Shown here: positions 49,297-57,756 of the stretch, piece by piece
Position numbering within the stretch: the first letter of the stretch is position 1
How the letters are laid out: every line of letters starts with the position of its first letter
Assembly: GCA_035278765.1 (NCBI GenBank)
Contig: DATEIS010000441.1
Coordinates: 3,288 to 67,287, forward strand
DNA: 64,000 nucleotides
Direction of reading: 5' to 3'
Source: Pyrinomonadaceae bacterium
Lineage (GTDB): Bacteria > Acidobacteriota > Blastocatellia > Pyrinomonadales > Pyrinomonadaceae
Notes under the pieces: model-generated
The model's database searches: none
The model's input: the letters and a program-made list of their open reading frames with translations, nothing else
Told to the model about the DNA's origin: nothing
Made by a program: the position numbers and the translations under genes

Positions 49297-49662
49297 ATGA
49301 CCCACTCCCCTCCCGAATCCGATTCGCAACAAGTGAATTTCGGTTTTGGTACGTTTTGTGCTGCCTCGTTAGCACCAATCGCCGTGAGCAACGAAAACCG
49401 AATACAGATTGAACGTCTTGTTCTCCAGATCACTGAATACCTGGCTCGTAATCCAATGGCGGCTGATACGCTAGCCGGAATTCAGAGTTGGTGGTTATCA
49501 GGAGCAATGCGCAATGTTCATAGCACTCATGTTAAGACGGCGGTCCGCCTTCTCGTGCAGCGAAGAACGTTGCAGTGCAACATCCAGCCGGACGGTACGA
49601 AGACTTACTCACGTGCAAACAGTGGAATCTCCGCGCAGCGATCCGATCACGTCGGTGGGTAG
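49297..49662 (+). CDS. hypothetical 121-aa protein co-transcribed with the bEBP
   Basis: It starts 20 nt after the bEBP stop. It may be winged-helix-like (IERLVLQITEYLARNP...AVRLLVQRRTL). I recognise no family. Confidence 0.5.
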   Translation: MTHSPPESDSQQVNFGFGTFCAASLAPIAVSNENRIQIERLVLQITEYLARNPMAADTLAGIQSWWLSGAMRNVHSTHVKTAVRLLVQRRTLQCNIQPDGTKTYSRANSGISAQRSDHVGG

Positions 49663-49846
49663 ATTTCAACCCATGTATTAACTACCTGCTCCTCCTCGGA
49701 TCGCAGACGTTTCCGAAAGGGCAAGCGCTTTGAAGGTGCTAAACCGGGTCTTGCTTGACCCACTCTACTTCATCTGCCGGTCGTGCCACTCAAGCCTTTC
49801 GAACGTTTTGTTCACAAATTCTCCAACTTGATCGATGCGCGTGTAA

Positions 49847-49862
49847 TGGTACTGCGCTTGCT
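49847..49862 (+). promoter_or_regulatory. candidate sigma-54 promoter (P10) of the protease-bracketed operon
   Basis: aTGGTAC-tgcgc-TTGCt with exact spacing. The -12 element lies 22 nt upstream of ATG 49884, which implies a very short leader. Confidence 0.55.
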
Positions 49863-49883
49863 CGTGATGCGAAATCAATTGAT

Positions 49884-51206
49884 ATGAAACCCCACGTCAC
49901 ACTAACGTTGCGGACCCCGTTGCAACACATCGCGCTGCCTTATTGGGTTGATGCGATCACGCAAGCGCACTTGCGTCGCGAGCAATTTTTTCCAGCAGTC
50001 GATGCACTGTTCGCAAGACATAACCTTGCCTTCACGGCGACTCATGAGTACCGGCCGGCCGGATCGGTCTGGTCGCCGCAGGAAATTGCAAGCGGTTTCG
50101 ATCGCGTGTACCGGCTGGTGCTCCAATCAAATGTCAACGTTCCAACGGAGCTCATTGAATCCATCCGTCTCATCCCCGAGGTGGAACGCATTCGCGTAGG
50201 CGCGATCGCCGAGATGGATTTGCAACCGCGGTATGCCGAATCGCTGAGCGTGCGTACCGATCGCGCGTCACGCGACGCGATCTTTCTGGATGAGGCGCAT
50301 GCATTCAGCGAGGGCGACGAGGCCATCACGGTGGCAATCCTCGATACGGGTGTGGATTGCGATCATCCCGAATATAAAGACGCCCTGCTCCCGGGATACG
50401 ACTTCGTCGACATACTGGACGGCGCAACCGAATTCATCGGCGACTACGTCGGGGCCGACGCGATCCCGGAAGACGAAGTCGGTCACGGCACACATGTCGC
50501 CGGCATCGTCACGGGAAAAGGAAAGAACATGCCGCGCGGTGTTGCACCACGTTGCCGCGTTCTCCCGGTGCGTGTGCTGGCAGCGATGAACAAGGATGGT
50601 CGTAAAGTCGGCGCCGGTTCCGTAGAGAATATTAACAACGGCGTTAAGTGGGCCATCGACAACGGCGCAGACGTGATCAACATGTCACTCGGTGTACGCC
50701 ACACCGGCGGCGGTCTCCCGCATGAAGAAGTTATTCAGTACGCGCAGCGTAAAGGCGTGACGGTAGTCGCGGCGTCGGGAAATGACGGACGGCAGGAGAT
50801 GTATTACCCGGGCGCCTTTCCAAGTGTAATCGCGGTCGGCGCCGCCGATGACGCGGGTAATGTGGCCGACTTCTCGACGTTCGGCGATCAGGTTTCATTC
50901 ATTGCGCCGGGGGTGGACGTGTACAGCACTTCAATCGAAGACGGCTATGCGTTTTCCACGGGGACTTCTCACGCCGCGCCGTTCGTGACCGGCGCCGTTG
51001 CGTTGATGAAATCCTTTGCGCGGTCACAAGGTCACGAACTCAAGGATTATCAAGTCAAGCACGTGCTCAAACACACGGCCGACAAAGTGGATCGCAATTT
51101 CAAGGACCGTAAAGCGGGATATGGCCGGCTGAATGTCGCTGATGGTCTGCGTTACCTCGATTACAAGCTCAATTCGTCAAGGAGAAGATTCCATGGCTAC
51201 CAGTAG
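49884..51206 (+). CDS. S8 family serine peptidase (subtilase) without a recognisable signal peptide
   Basis: Asp (AILDTGVDCDHPEY), His (GHGTHVAGIV) and Ser (GTSHAAPFVTGA) in subtilase order. A non-hydrophobic N-terminal region of about 150 aa precedes them. The start was chosen downstream of P10. Confidence 0.85.
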   Translation: MKPHVTLTLRTPLQHIALPYWVDAITQAHLRREQFFPAVDALFARHNLAFTATHEYRPAGSVWSPQEIASGFDRVYRLVLQSNVNVPTELIESIRLIPEVERIRVGAIAEMDLQPRYAESLSVRTDRASRDAIFLDEAHAFSEGDEAITVAILDTGVDCDHPEYKDALLPGYDFVDILDGATEFIGDYVGADAIPEDEVGHGTHVAGIVTGKGKNMPRGVAPRCRVLPVRVLAAMNKDGRKVGAGSVENINNGVKWAIDNGADVINMSLGVRHTGGGLPHEEVIQYAQRKGVTVVAASGNDGRQEMYYPGAFPSVIAVGAADDAGNVADFSTFGDQVSFIAPGVDVYSTSIEDGYAFSTGTSHAAPFVTGAVALMKSFARSQGHELKDYQVKHVLKHTADKVDRNFKDRKAGYGRLNVADGLRYLDYKLNSSRRRFHGYQ

Positions 51207-51909
51207 AAAGCCTAACTCAAGTACGGCTGACAAAAAGAATCGCTACACCGATCTGCTGACTGATGTCCTTCCACCAAGTGTGGGAACGAGCGGTGTGGGA
51301 AAGAGCGGTCGGGAAACTCCTTCACGAAGACCGGTACTTCCTGTCGAAGTGATCGATTTTGATAACGAGAAACTCAAGGCCGGCTGGCGGAAGATCATCG
51401 ACAGTCAACGCAAAGACGTCGAAACGGACGTGCTTAAGATCTCACCGCCGCGCGCGAAACTCGATCCGATTGCGAAGACGGCGTTGGACAGCCTTCGAGC
51501 TAAGTTGAGCGACAGTTCCGCGACCGATGGATCGGATAAGGCATTGCGGCAAGACGTGGAAAAGTACGTGCGCGCGTTCATTACCAGAAAAGGTATTGCC
51601 AGCGAAGTCAAAAAAGTCACCGACCGCCTCAACGCACGCAGGATCACGGATGGCCGGCGTTGGGTACTCGCGTCAACCTACGAGTTCATCCTGGCAAAGT
51701 TGTTTCAGGATCGAGGCGATGAGTTGGAAGAGTTGATCAAAGACGATCTCGGTGTCGCCGAAAAAATTCTGCTCGAGCTGGAAGCTAAAGGCGGTCCACT
51801 CGATGTCTTCGTCAACCTGATCGTCAACTCAGTGATGAAGCGCAATCGCATCAACCCAAGCCACACGCTTCGCGAAATCGTGTCGCAGCAAGTCCGCGCT
51901 GCGATCTAA
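51193..51909 (+). CDS. hypothetical 238-aa protein (operon gene 2)
   Basis: AAGGAG RBS. It overlaps the S8 gene by 14 nt. Basic/disordered N-terminus and helical C-terminus. I recognise no family. Confidence 0.65.
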   Translation: MATSRKPNSSTADKKNRYTDLLTDVLPPSVGTSGVGKSGRETPSRRPVLPVEVIDFDNEKLKAGWRKIIDSQRKDVETDVLKISPPRAKLDPIAKTALDSLRAKLSDSSATDGSDKALRQDVEKYVRAFITRKGIASEVKKVTDRLNARRITDGRRWVLASTYEFILAKLFQDRGDELEELIKDDLGVAEKILLELEAKGGPLDVFVNLIVNSVMKRNRINPSHTLREIVSQQVRAAI

Positions 51910-51916
51910 TGGGGGA

Positions 51917-53143
51917 ATGACCATGATTAATGGAAACTCACGCACTGTATCCCTGGCTCCCGGCGGTCTCGAACCCGCCGTACTCCAGATCATCGACCGG
52001 GTCAATCAACAAGCACAGTTGCCGGTCTTCGTGGACATGTACATCCAAAACTCGGGGATTGCAGAAGACCGCTTTACCCCCGAGGTGCGCGCGGCAATGG
52101 TTGATTACCTCCGCGAACGCGGCGCCCAATTCGAAAGCATCGATGCAGTGCTTGAGCGGCAGTACGACGAGCTGTTTGCGCTGGCATACGAAAACGCCAT
52201 CACGCGCAAAGCCGGTCGCGACGATCCAATCGATGCCGCGCACCAACCTGGCGGCGGCGCGATCGGAGCGGGCTGGGACTTCAGTGTGGACCTGTTCGAC
52301 AACGTGGAGCAGCAGGGTGTTGTCCGCGACAATATTCTCGCCGCCGGCGCGATCGATTATATCTACGAGCTCGGCGAACACATGGGCGTGTTCCGCCTCG
52401 TGGACGCGTTGGTATTGAACTGGGCGAGTGGTTCGATCGACGTGGTCGAAGGCGATGTTGTTTCGCGCATGTACCGTTACTGGAAGCTGCGCGATCAACG
52501 CATGTCGTCCGAAGAGCGCGGCATGGTCTACCGCCGGGTGCTGAACAAAGGCGAGACCGACGTCCTCGATCGGATGGTCGTGAACGAGGAATGTCCGAAC
52601 CTGTGGCACAACCTCATGGCCGAGGTCGCCGACTACATCGACAAAACGGAACGGGTGAATTTAGGATCCGGCGAAAGTTCACCTGTCTCACGCGCGCGCA
52701 TTTTCCAGGCTGTGCGTGATTTGCAATACAACCTCACCGAATACTGCACCGGCATGGCCCACATCCAGGCGCGCGAGCTTTATGCGCAACTTCAGGAATG
52801 TGTCGAACTGCTGCGCGATCCGGATGTCCTCGCCTATTTCGGCGGCAACCGGCGCAAGAGTCTTTGGACTGTCATTGAGAAGATGTCGAAGCAGGAGTTT
52901 GGCGGCAGTCCGAACATCGCAGCGCTCCGCTCGCTCGCCGTTGATGGAAACACAATCTTTCGTTTTGTTGCCGACTTTACCGAAGGAGCGGTGAGGCAGG
53001 AAGACTTCGCTCGTTTCCTGGATGCAGCCGAGTCATACATCCTGAATTACTCGACAGTAGGCGGCGACATGTCGTCAATGGAAGAAGAAGAAGAGGACGA
53101 GAGCGCCGAACCGCTTGATGAGGAAGAGATGGATGAGTTCTAG
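51917..53143 (+). CDS. hypothetical 408-aa protein with poly-acidic C-terminal tail (operon gene 3)
   Basis: Long ORF ending in MSSMEEEEEDESAEPLDEEEMDEF. I recognise no family. The start may be ATG 51923. Confidence 0.7.
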   Translation: MTMINGNSRTVSLAPGGLEPAVLQIIDRVNQQAQLPVFVDMYIQNSGIAEDRFTPEVRAAMVDYLRERGAQFESIDAVLERQYDELFALAYENAITRKAGRDDPIDAAHQPGGGAIGAGWDFSVDLFDNVEQQGVVRDNILAAGAIDYIYELGEHMGVFRLVDALVLNWASGSIDVVEGDVVSRMYRYWKLRDQRMSSEERGMVYRRVLNKGETDVLDRMVVNEECPNLWHNLMAEVADYIDKTERVNLGSGESSPVSRARIFQAVRDLQYNLTEYCTGMAHIQARELYAQLQECVELLRDPDVLAYFGGNRRKSLWTVIEKMSKQEFGGSPNIAALRSLAVDGNTIFRFVADFTEGAVRQEDFARFLDAAESYILNYSTVGGDMSSMEEEEEDESAEPLDEEEMDEF

Positions 53144-53198
53144 GATCTTGTCTAATAACGAAAGCCAGCAGAAAAACAATTAGCACGGGAGTTCACCC

Positions 53199-54317
53199 AT
53201 GAGCGCATCGCAATCAATGAAGGATCTGGCCCGCAGCTACGCGCGCGACGAGTTAATGAACCTGCCGACTTTTCGGCAACTAGGCACCGACGATCAACGT
53301 GCGCTTTATCGCGATGTTTACCATCGCCACGTCAATCGGCTGAGCCAACCAAGGACCACGGCACGGGCATTCGCGGACCCCAAGACTGCGGGTGAAATGA
53401 TCAATGACTCGCGTCACCTCAACCAACGCATCGATCAGGCCGGTGAGTTGGCCGGCGGCTTTGTTGACGAAGTCGATTTTCCCGGGTTCGTAAAAGATCT
53501 ATTGAAAGGCGTGTTCGACGCGAACCTGAAGGTTACTCTCGATCAGATGGAGGCGTACCAAAAACTGTTGAAGGCGGCGACGCAATCCCTGACCGCATTC
53601 ATGAGCAAGATCAAGCCCGAAGCTGCGTTTGGCTATTTAGCCGATAACAACAGTGACGAGTTTGGCTTGTCGTTTAGCGACGACGAAAGCGACGCCGAGG
53701 GCAATAAGAAAGTCCTCCTCACGGACAAGGAAGGCAACGCCGTCGATACCGAGGATTCGCGTATCAAGTCGCGCATCATGGATGCGACCTTGCAGATGGC
53801 CCGCGAACAACGAGCGATGTTGCGCGAAACCATTCTAATGGGCATCACGCGGCTCGTCGTAGAAAAAGGAAACGTCAAAGCCTCGGTATTGTTCGACATT
53901 AAAGCGAGCGAGCAAGTCGCAAAGAGTGACAAGGCCGCGCTCTCAGAACAGGTTTCCAAGAGCAGGAGCATCACCGCCAGCGGCGGGTTCCTGGGCTCGA
54001 TCTTTGGCGGCCCGTCCGGTGGCACGACGAGCAGCGAGCGCAAAACGAAGCTCAGTGTCTCGTCGGCCAAGAGTGTCGCAAACACGGAATTAGCCGCCAA
54101 GATCACGGGCTCCGTGGACATCACGTTCAAGTCCGATTATTTCAAACTTGATAATTTTGCGGCGATGTATGGACCACTGGGTGGCGCCGGTGGTCCGGCG
54201 CCGACAGCAGCAGCACCGGGTGGCGCTCCGGTCATGGCACCGGGAGGCGCGCCGGTTATGGCTCCAGGAGCAGCGCCGGCTGTTTCCGCGGCCCCGGGGT
54301 CGGTTGGTCCGCGGTGA
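53199..54317 (+). CDS. hypothetical 372-aa protein with Gly/Ala/Pro-rich repeat tail (operon gene 4)
   Basis: GGGAG RBS. I recognise no family. The C-terminus is GGAGGPAPTAAAPGGAPVMAPGGAPVMAPGAAPAVSAAPG. Confidence 0.7.
   Translation: MSASQSMKDLARSYARDELMNLPTFRQLGTDDQRALYRDVYHRHVNRLSQPRTTARAFADPKTAGEMINDSRHLNQRIDQAGELAGGFVDEVDFPGFVKDLLKGVFDANLKVTLDQMEAYQKLLKAATQSLTAFMSKIKPEAAFGYLADNNSDEFGLSFSDDESDAEGNKKVLLTDKEGNAVDTEDSRIKSRIMDATLQMAREQRAMLRETILMGITRLVVEKGNVKASVLFDIKASEQVAKSDKAALSEQVSKSRSITASGGFLGSIFGGPSGGTTSSERKTKLSVSSAKSVANTELAAKITGSVDITFKSDYFKLDNFAAMYGPLGGAGGPAPTAAAPGGAPVMAPGGAPVMAPGAAPAVSAAPGSVGPR
54216..54287 (+). repeat. in-frame 24-nt tandem repeat (2 good units plus 1 degenerate) encoding PGGAPVMA
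   Basis: ccgggtggcgctccggtcatggca / ccgggaggcgcgccggttatggct / ccaggagcagcgccggctgtttcc. Confidence 0.8.
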
Positions 54318-54326
54318 TGAAACTCG

Positions 54327-56528
54327 ATGGCACTCGCGCTGCTTTGGGCTGAAACGCTGGAAGACGACGTATCCGCGTCACGGCTGCGCTTCGACATTGG
54401 TCACAATCATTACTACGCATGGCAACTAGGAGATCAAGAGCGGATCAATACCAACGGCATAGCGCGGCTGGCCAACGTCAAACAACGCTCGCGCATGTTT
54501 GGGCCATTGCCGGAGAGTGCACGTGGCCGCGGCGTCCTGGAAATCCAGACCGAACTGATGTCGAAAGAAGATCGGTTCGTGCAGTTGATAAGTTTTCGGA
54601 CCGAGGACGGCGCCGGTCCGGCCATCTCGCCGATAGTCGAGCTGGATTGGACCAACGCGCGGCGTCGCGAACGGTTGCCCCTCATGGACACCCTTCCGCC
54701 ACCCGCGCTATTCGCAACAGCAGGTAGCGCTACCTGGTCACCGCAGGTGTTGGCCAGCGCCCTAAGTAATGGGGATGGAGGCTTCACAGTGGCTTTAGCA
54801 CAAACGTATTCATCCACGCCGGCGCGAATACAGCCGGTGGACGCGGCGCCTTTACGCTGGCGCGAACGCAACCTGAGCCAGGGAATGTTTTTTGGAGGAC
54901 TGCTTTCGTCGCTCGCGCCCGTGATTGGCAATGTGTTAACCAGCGCCGCTCCGGCGATTGGTCAATTTATTGGCGGGTTGTTGCCGGGTGCACCGGGTGG
55001 CGGCGCAGCAGGCGCGACCGGTGGCGCGAGCACGAGTGGGACTACCGCTAATCCACAGCTCACTCAATTAATCCAACAGTTGGTGCGCAGCATTGGTGGC
55101 GCTGTCGCTCCTGCGGCGCCGGCGACTCCTCCCGCAAGCACGACACCGGCCGCACCGGCCACTGCGCATTCGATGGCCTTCGGTTCCCTCGGCGCGCGTG
55201 TCGCGCGACAGGCGCCTCCCAGATATTCCTTTTCGCACTCAGCCAGAAAGCGCGCGCGGCGTAACCCGCGCGTCGTGCAATACGCGCAGGCACAAGAGTA
55301 CAGCCAGGCGATGATTGCGCCCGCGCTCCTCGCTGCCCTGCCCGCATTGATGCCGGTGTTACAACAAGTATTGTCTCCGCAAACTATTCAAACCGTCGTC
55401 GATGCGCCGCAAAGAGCCACCGGTCAGATCATCAACGGCCTGCTCGATTTCGCTCGAATCGGTATGCAGGCCCACGAACAAGAACGTGCACATCTGCGTC
55501 AACTTAATCCCGGCGTTGATGATCCCGCGCTCCACCAGTTGTTGATGAGCATGAGTCAGGGTCTCGCGGCAGCGCAGCGCTTGAACTACCGTCGCGTGGC
55601 GAGTGTGAAACTGAGTTTTGACGAAGCGCAGAGCCAGATGCTGTTCGGCCGCTCGCGCGTGTTGTATCGCCGGGACCGGGCACTGCAATTTCCCCTGAGC
55701 GTGATCACGCCGAAGACGATTTCTGCCGCTCGCCTGGTGTTGCAAATTAAACATCCGGACACCCTGGCGGTGCTGGTCGAGGACGGCGAAGATGTCGGCG
55801 AACTGTCCAGTGGTCCAATTCCGCTGGTGCCGCGCATTGATGAAGCAATGGTTGCGCGTCTCGAGCCGAACCAGGATTACATCGTGATGGCAACGCTGCT
55901 GTGGAAGAATAAGAAGAAGCAGCAGGTCGGCACTTCGATGCAACAGCGCATTACCTTGATCGGCGAGTATTCGTTTGATCGGGTGGAAGAAGGCGGCGAG
56001 CAGGTTGCAACTTCAGACTTCGAACAATATCGCGACTTGTGGCACAAAGTCTGGGAGGGTGAGTTCGGGACCGGTGCGCACGCGGCGCGTCTCGACTGCC
56101 GTTACTATCTCGTACTTAACCCGAAACGCACCAACAACGCCCGCCTCGATACGCATGTCAAATCAGACAACGGCAAACTTGGCGGCAAACTGAAGACGGG
56201 AATGGAATACAGCCCGTACGTACTCAACCATTTGCTCACTCGCCTCACGCCGGAATCCACGTCACTCAGCGACTCGGAAATTGAAGCCTTAAGCGGCAAC
56301 GACTTTATCGAGCGTTTCAATCAGGCGGCTCAATTCAGCGGCAAGTTAAAAGGCCGGCGTGGCGAAAGCGGCGCGTTGTGGGTGTATCCCGAGTTCAAGA
56401 TCCAGACTCTCGTGTTGACCCGAGCGGAAGACGTAGACGAGAACGGCAACGTGCGCACGCTTAACGAAACACGAGTCCGTTTTCCGATGCCCGTGATGAT
56501 GCACTTCGTAGGAGTAAAAGGCGCATGA
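54327..56528 (+). CDS. hypothetical 733-aa protein with central glycine-zipper and Ala/Pro/Thr-rich linker (operon gene 5)
   Basis: Long ORF. Contains GMFFGGLLSSLAPVIGNVLTSAAPAIGQFIGGLLPG followed by about 60 low-complexity residues. I recognise no family. Confidence 0.7.
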   Translation: MALALLWAETLEDDVSASRLRFDIGHNHYYAWQLGDQERINTNGIARLANVKQRSRMFGPLPESARGRGVLEIQTELMSKEDRFVQLISFRTEDGAGPAISPIVELDWTNARRRERLPLMDTLPPPALFATAGSATWSPQVLASALSNGDGGFTVALAQTYSSTPARIQPVDAAPLRWRERNLSQGMFFGGLLSSLAPVIGNVLTSAAPAIGQFIGGLLPGAPGGGAAGATGGASTSGTTANPQLTQLIQQLVRSIGGAVAPAAPATPPASTTPAAPATAHSMAFGSLGARVARQAPPRYSFSHSARKRARRNPRVVQYAQAQEYSQAMIAPALLAALPALMPVLQQVLSPQTIQTVVDAPQRATGQIINGLLDFARIGMQAHEQERAHLRQLNPGVDDPALHQLLMSMSQGLAAAQRLNYRRVASVKLSFDEAQSQMLFGRSRVLYRRDRALQFPLSVITPKTISAARLVLQIKHPDTLAVLVEDGEDVGELSSGPIPLVPRIDEAMVARLEPNQDYIVMATLLWKNKKKQQVGTSMQQRITLIGEYSFDRVEEGGEQVATSDFEQYRDLWHKVWEGEFGTGAHAARLDCRYYLVLNPKRTNNARLDTHVKSDNGKLGGKLKTGMEYSPYVLNHLLTRLTPESTSLSDSEIEALSGNDFIERFNQAAQFSGKLKGRRGESGALWVYPEFKIQTLVLTRAEDVDENGNVRTLNETRVRFPMPVMMHFVGVKGA

Positions 56529-56707
56529 ACCCGAAACGAAAACAGCTTGGCTGGGCGCAAGAGACCGATGTCATTCCAAAACTTGAAGGGATGGAGATCG
56601 AGTTTGACGAAAAGGTGACATTGTTTCCAGTGGACCTGGAAGAAATTCGCGATGTCGTACCGAAGAGATCCTCGGTTGCGGCCCGCAATGGCAGGGCGAC
56701 GCATTGA
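56525..56707 (+). CDS. hypothetical 60-aa protein (operon gene 6)
   Basis: ATGA start/stop overlap with gene 5; the stop lies 1 nt before the next ATG. Confidence 0.45.
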   Translation: MNPKRKQLGWAQETDVIPKLEGMEIEFDEKVTLFPVDLEEIRDVVPKRSSVAARNGRATH

Positions 56708-56708
56708 G

Positions 56709-57020
56709 ATGAATGAACCTGCGCCGTACGAGATCAATCCCGCGGATCGTCTCCCGGCGCTCGCTGAATTTCTCGCTGACCTGGCGGGCGCGGCGAATGT
56801 CGATCCGGATTTTGCAGGAGCGGAAACGCTTTCGATCAGTGAGATCAAAATCGACCTGCCGATTGAACTGAATTTGTTAGAGGAGTCGGGTGCGTGGCAG
56901 CTCGATGCGGCGCCACCCACGCAGAAAATTGAAACGTCGATAATGCCGGTTTGGCATCGAGTACGACTCAGAGTGACGGTACACAATGGCGAACGCAATC
57001 TCGAACCCGTGGAACCTTGA
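56709..57020 (+). CDS. hypothetical 103-aa protein, Trypco2-like layout (operon gene 7)
   Basis: Internal ATG of ORF 56652..57020. Helix, then alternating-hydrophobic strands (ISEIKIDLPIELNL ... HRVRLRVTV). The family guess is from memory. Confidence 0.5.
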   Translation: MNEPAPYEINPADRLPALAEFLADLAGAANVDPDFAGAETLSISEIKIDLPIELNLLEESGAWQLDAAPPTQKIETSIMPVWHRVRLRVTVHNGERNLEPVEP

Positions 57021-57756
57021 GAACTTTATCGATTCGCTCATCCTGGAACTCGATAAGGCACAGGACACGCTCGCGATGAAAGGTCTTACACGCAAAATGA
57101 CGTACGCCGTTAAAGACGTGGGGTTCGACCTGCATCTCTTTCCCAGTTATGAAAACGGCAAACTGAAATTTCAAATGGCGAAGCCGGGCGATCAGGGCGG
57201 TTCGCGCATCTCGTTTCAGCTCGGATCGATTACCGACCGCCAGATTCGAGAATCCGGGAATGAACCGCTATCGCGCGATGACATCAGTATCGACAACCTG
57301 GAAGGCATGGACGACGAGGTGAAAGATTCGCTACGCAAAGTCGGAGTGCACTCGACGCGTGATTTGGAAAGGATGGACCAACGCAACGTTAACGTCGAGA
57401 AAATTGTGGAGAACAAAACGCAAGGCAAGAAGAAACTCGACTACAGCGACCTCGCCAATATGATTAACAAGGCGAAGCGTCGCAAGTTCGCGCCCCAGTT
57501 GTCGGCCGCGCAGGGAATGTCCGGTGCGGAAGGGATCGAACTAACGTTGCGCGGGCACAATTTTGTGCTGCCCGGCAATGATGACACTCGTTTTCCAATC
57601 GCGCTTCTCAATGGCGAGTCGGTCCAGGTCGTGGCCGCGACGCACGACACATTACGCCTCAAGGCGCCGCCGCATTATCTCAAGCCCGGCGCCAATCAAT
57701 TGTCGATCGCACTCGATCCTTACGCTGTGGTGAACATGGAGATCAAACAACCATGA
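56986..57756 (+). CDS. hypothetical 256-aa protein: Trypco2-like N-terminus plus IPT/TIG-like C-terminal beta domain (operon gene 8)
   Basis: It overlaps gene 7 by 35 nt. N-terminus: LENFIDSLILELDKAQ...MTYAVKDVGFDLHLF...SRISFQLGSI. C-terminus: IELTLRGHNF...ATHDTLRLKAPP. Confidence 0.6.
   Translation: MANAISNPWNLENFIDSLILELDKAQDTLAMKGLTRKMTYAVKDVGFDLHLFPSYENGKLKFQMAKPGDQGGSRISFQLGSITDRQIRESGNEPLSRDDISIDNLEGMDDEVKDSLRKVGVHSTRDLERMDQRNVNVEKIVENKTQGKKKLDYSDLANMINKAKRRKFAPQLSAAQGMSGAEGIELTLRGHNFVLPGNDDTRFPIALLNGESVQVVAATHDTLRLKAPPHYLKPGANQLSIALDPYAVVNMEIKQP

Noticed and set aside
51938-52609. 223-aa minus-strand ORF inside operon gene 3. Similar antisense ORFs lie at 53633..54130, 54434..54931, 55359..55943, 56330..56998 and 57993..58550.
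   Set aside because: All are antisense to long plus-strand ORFs that are chained by coupled start/stop junctions. Their translations are Arg/Ala/Ser-rich and have no motifs. They are most simply GC-driven open frames.
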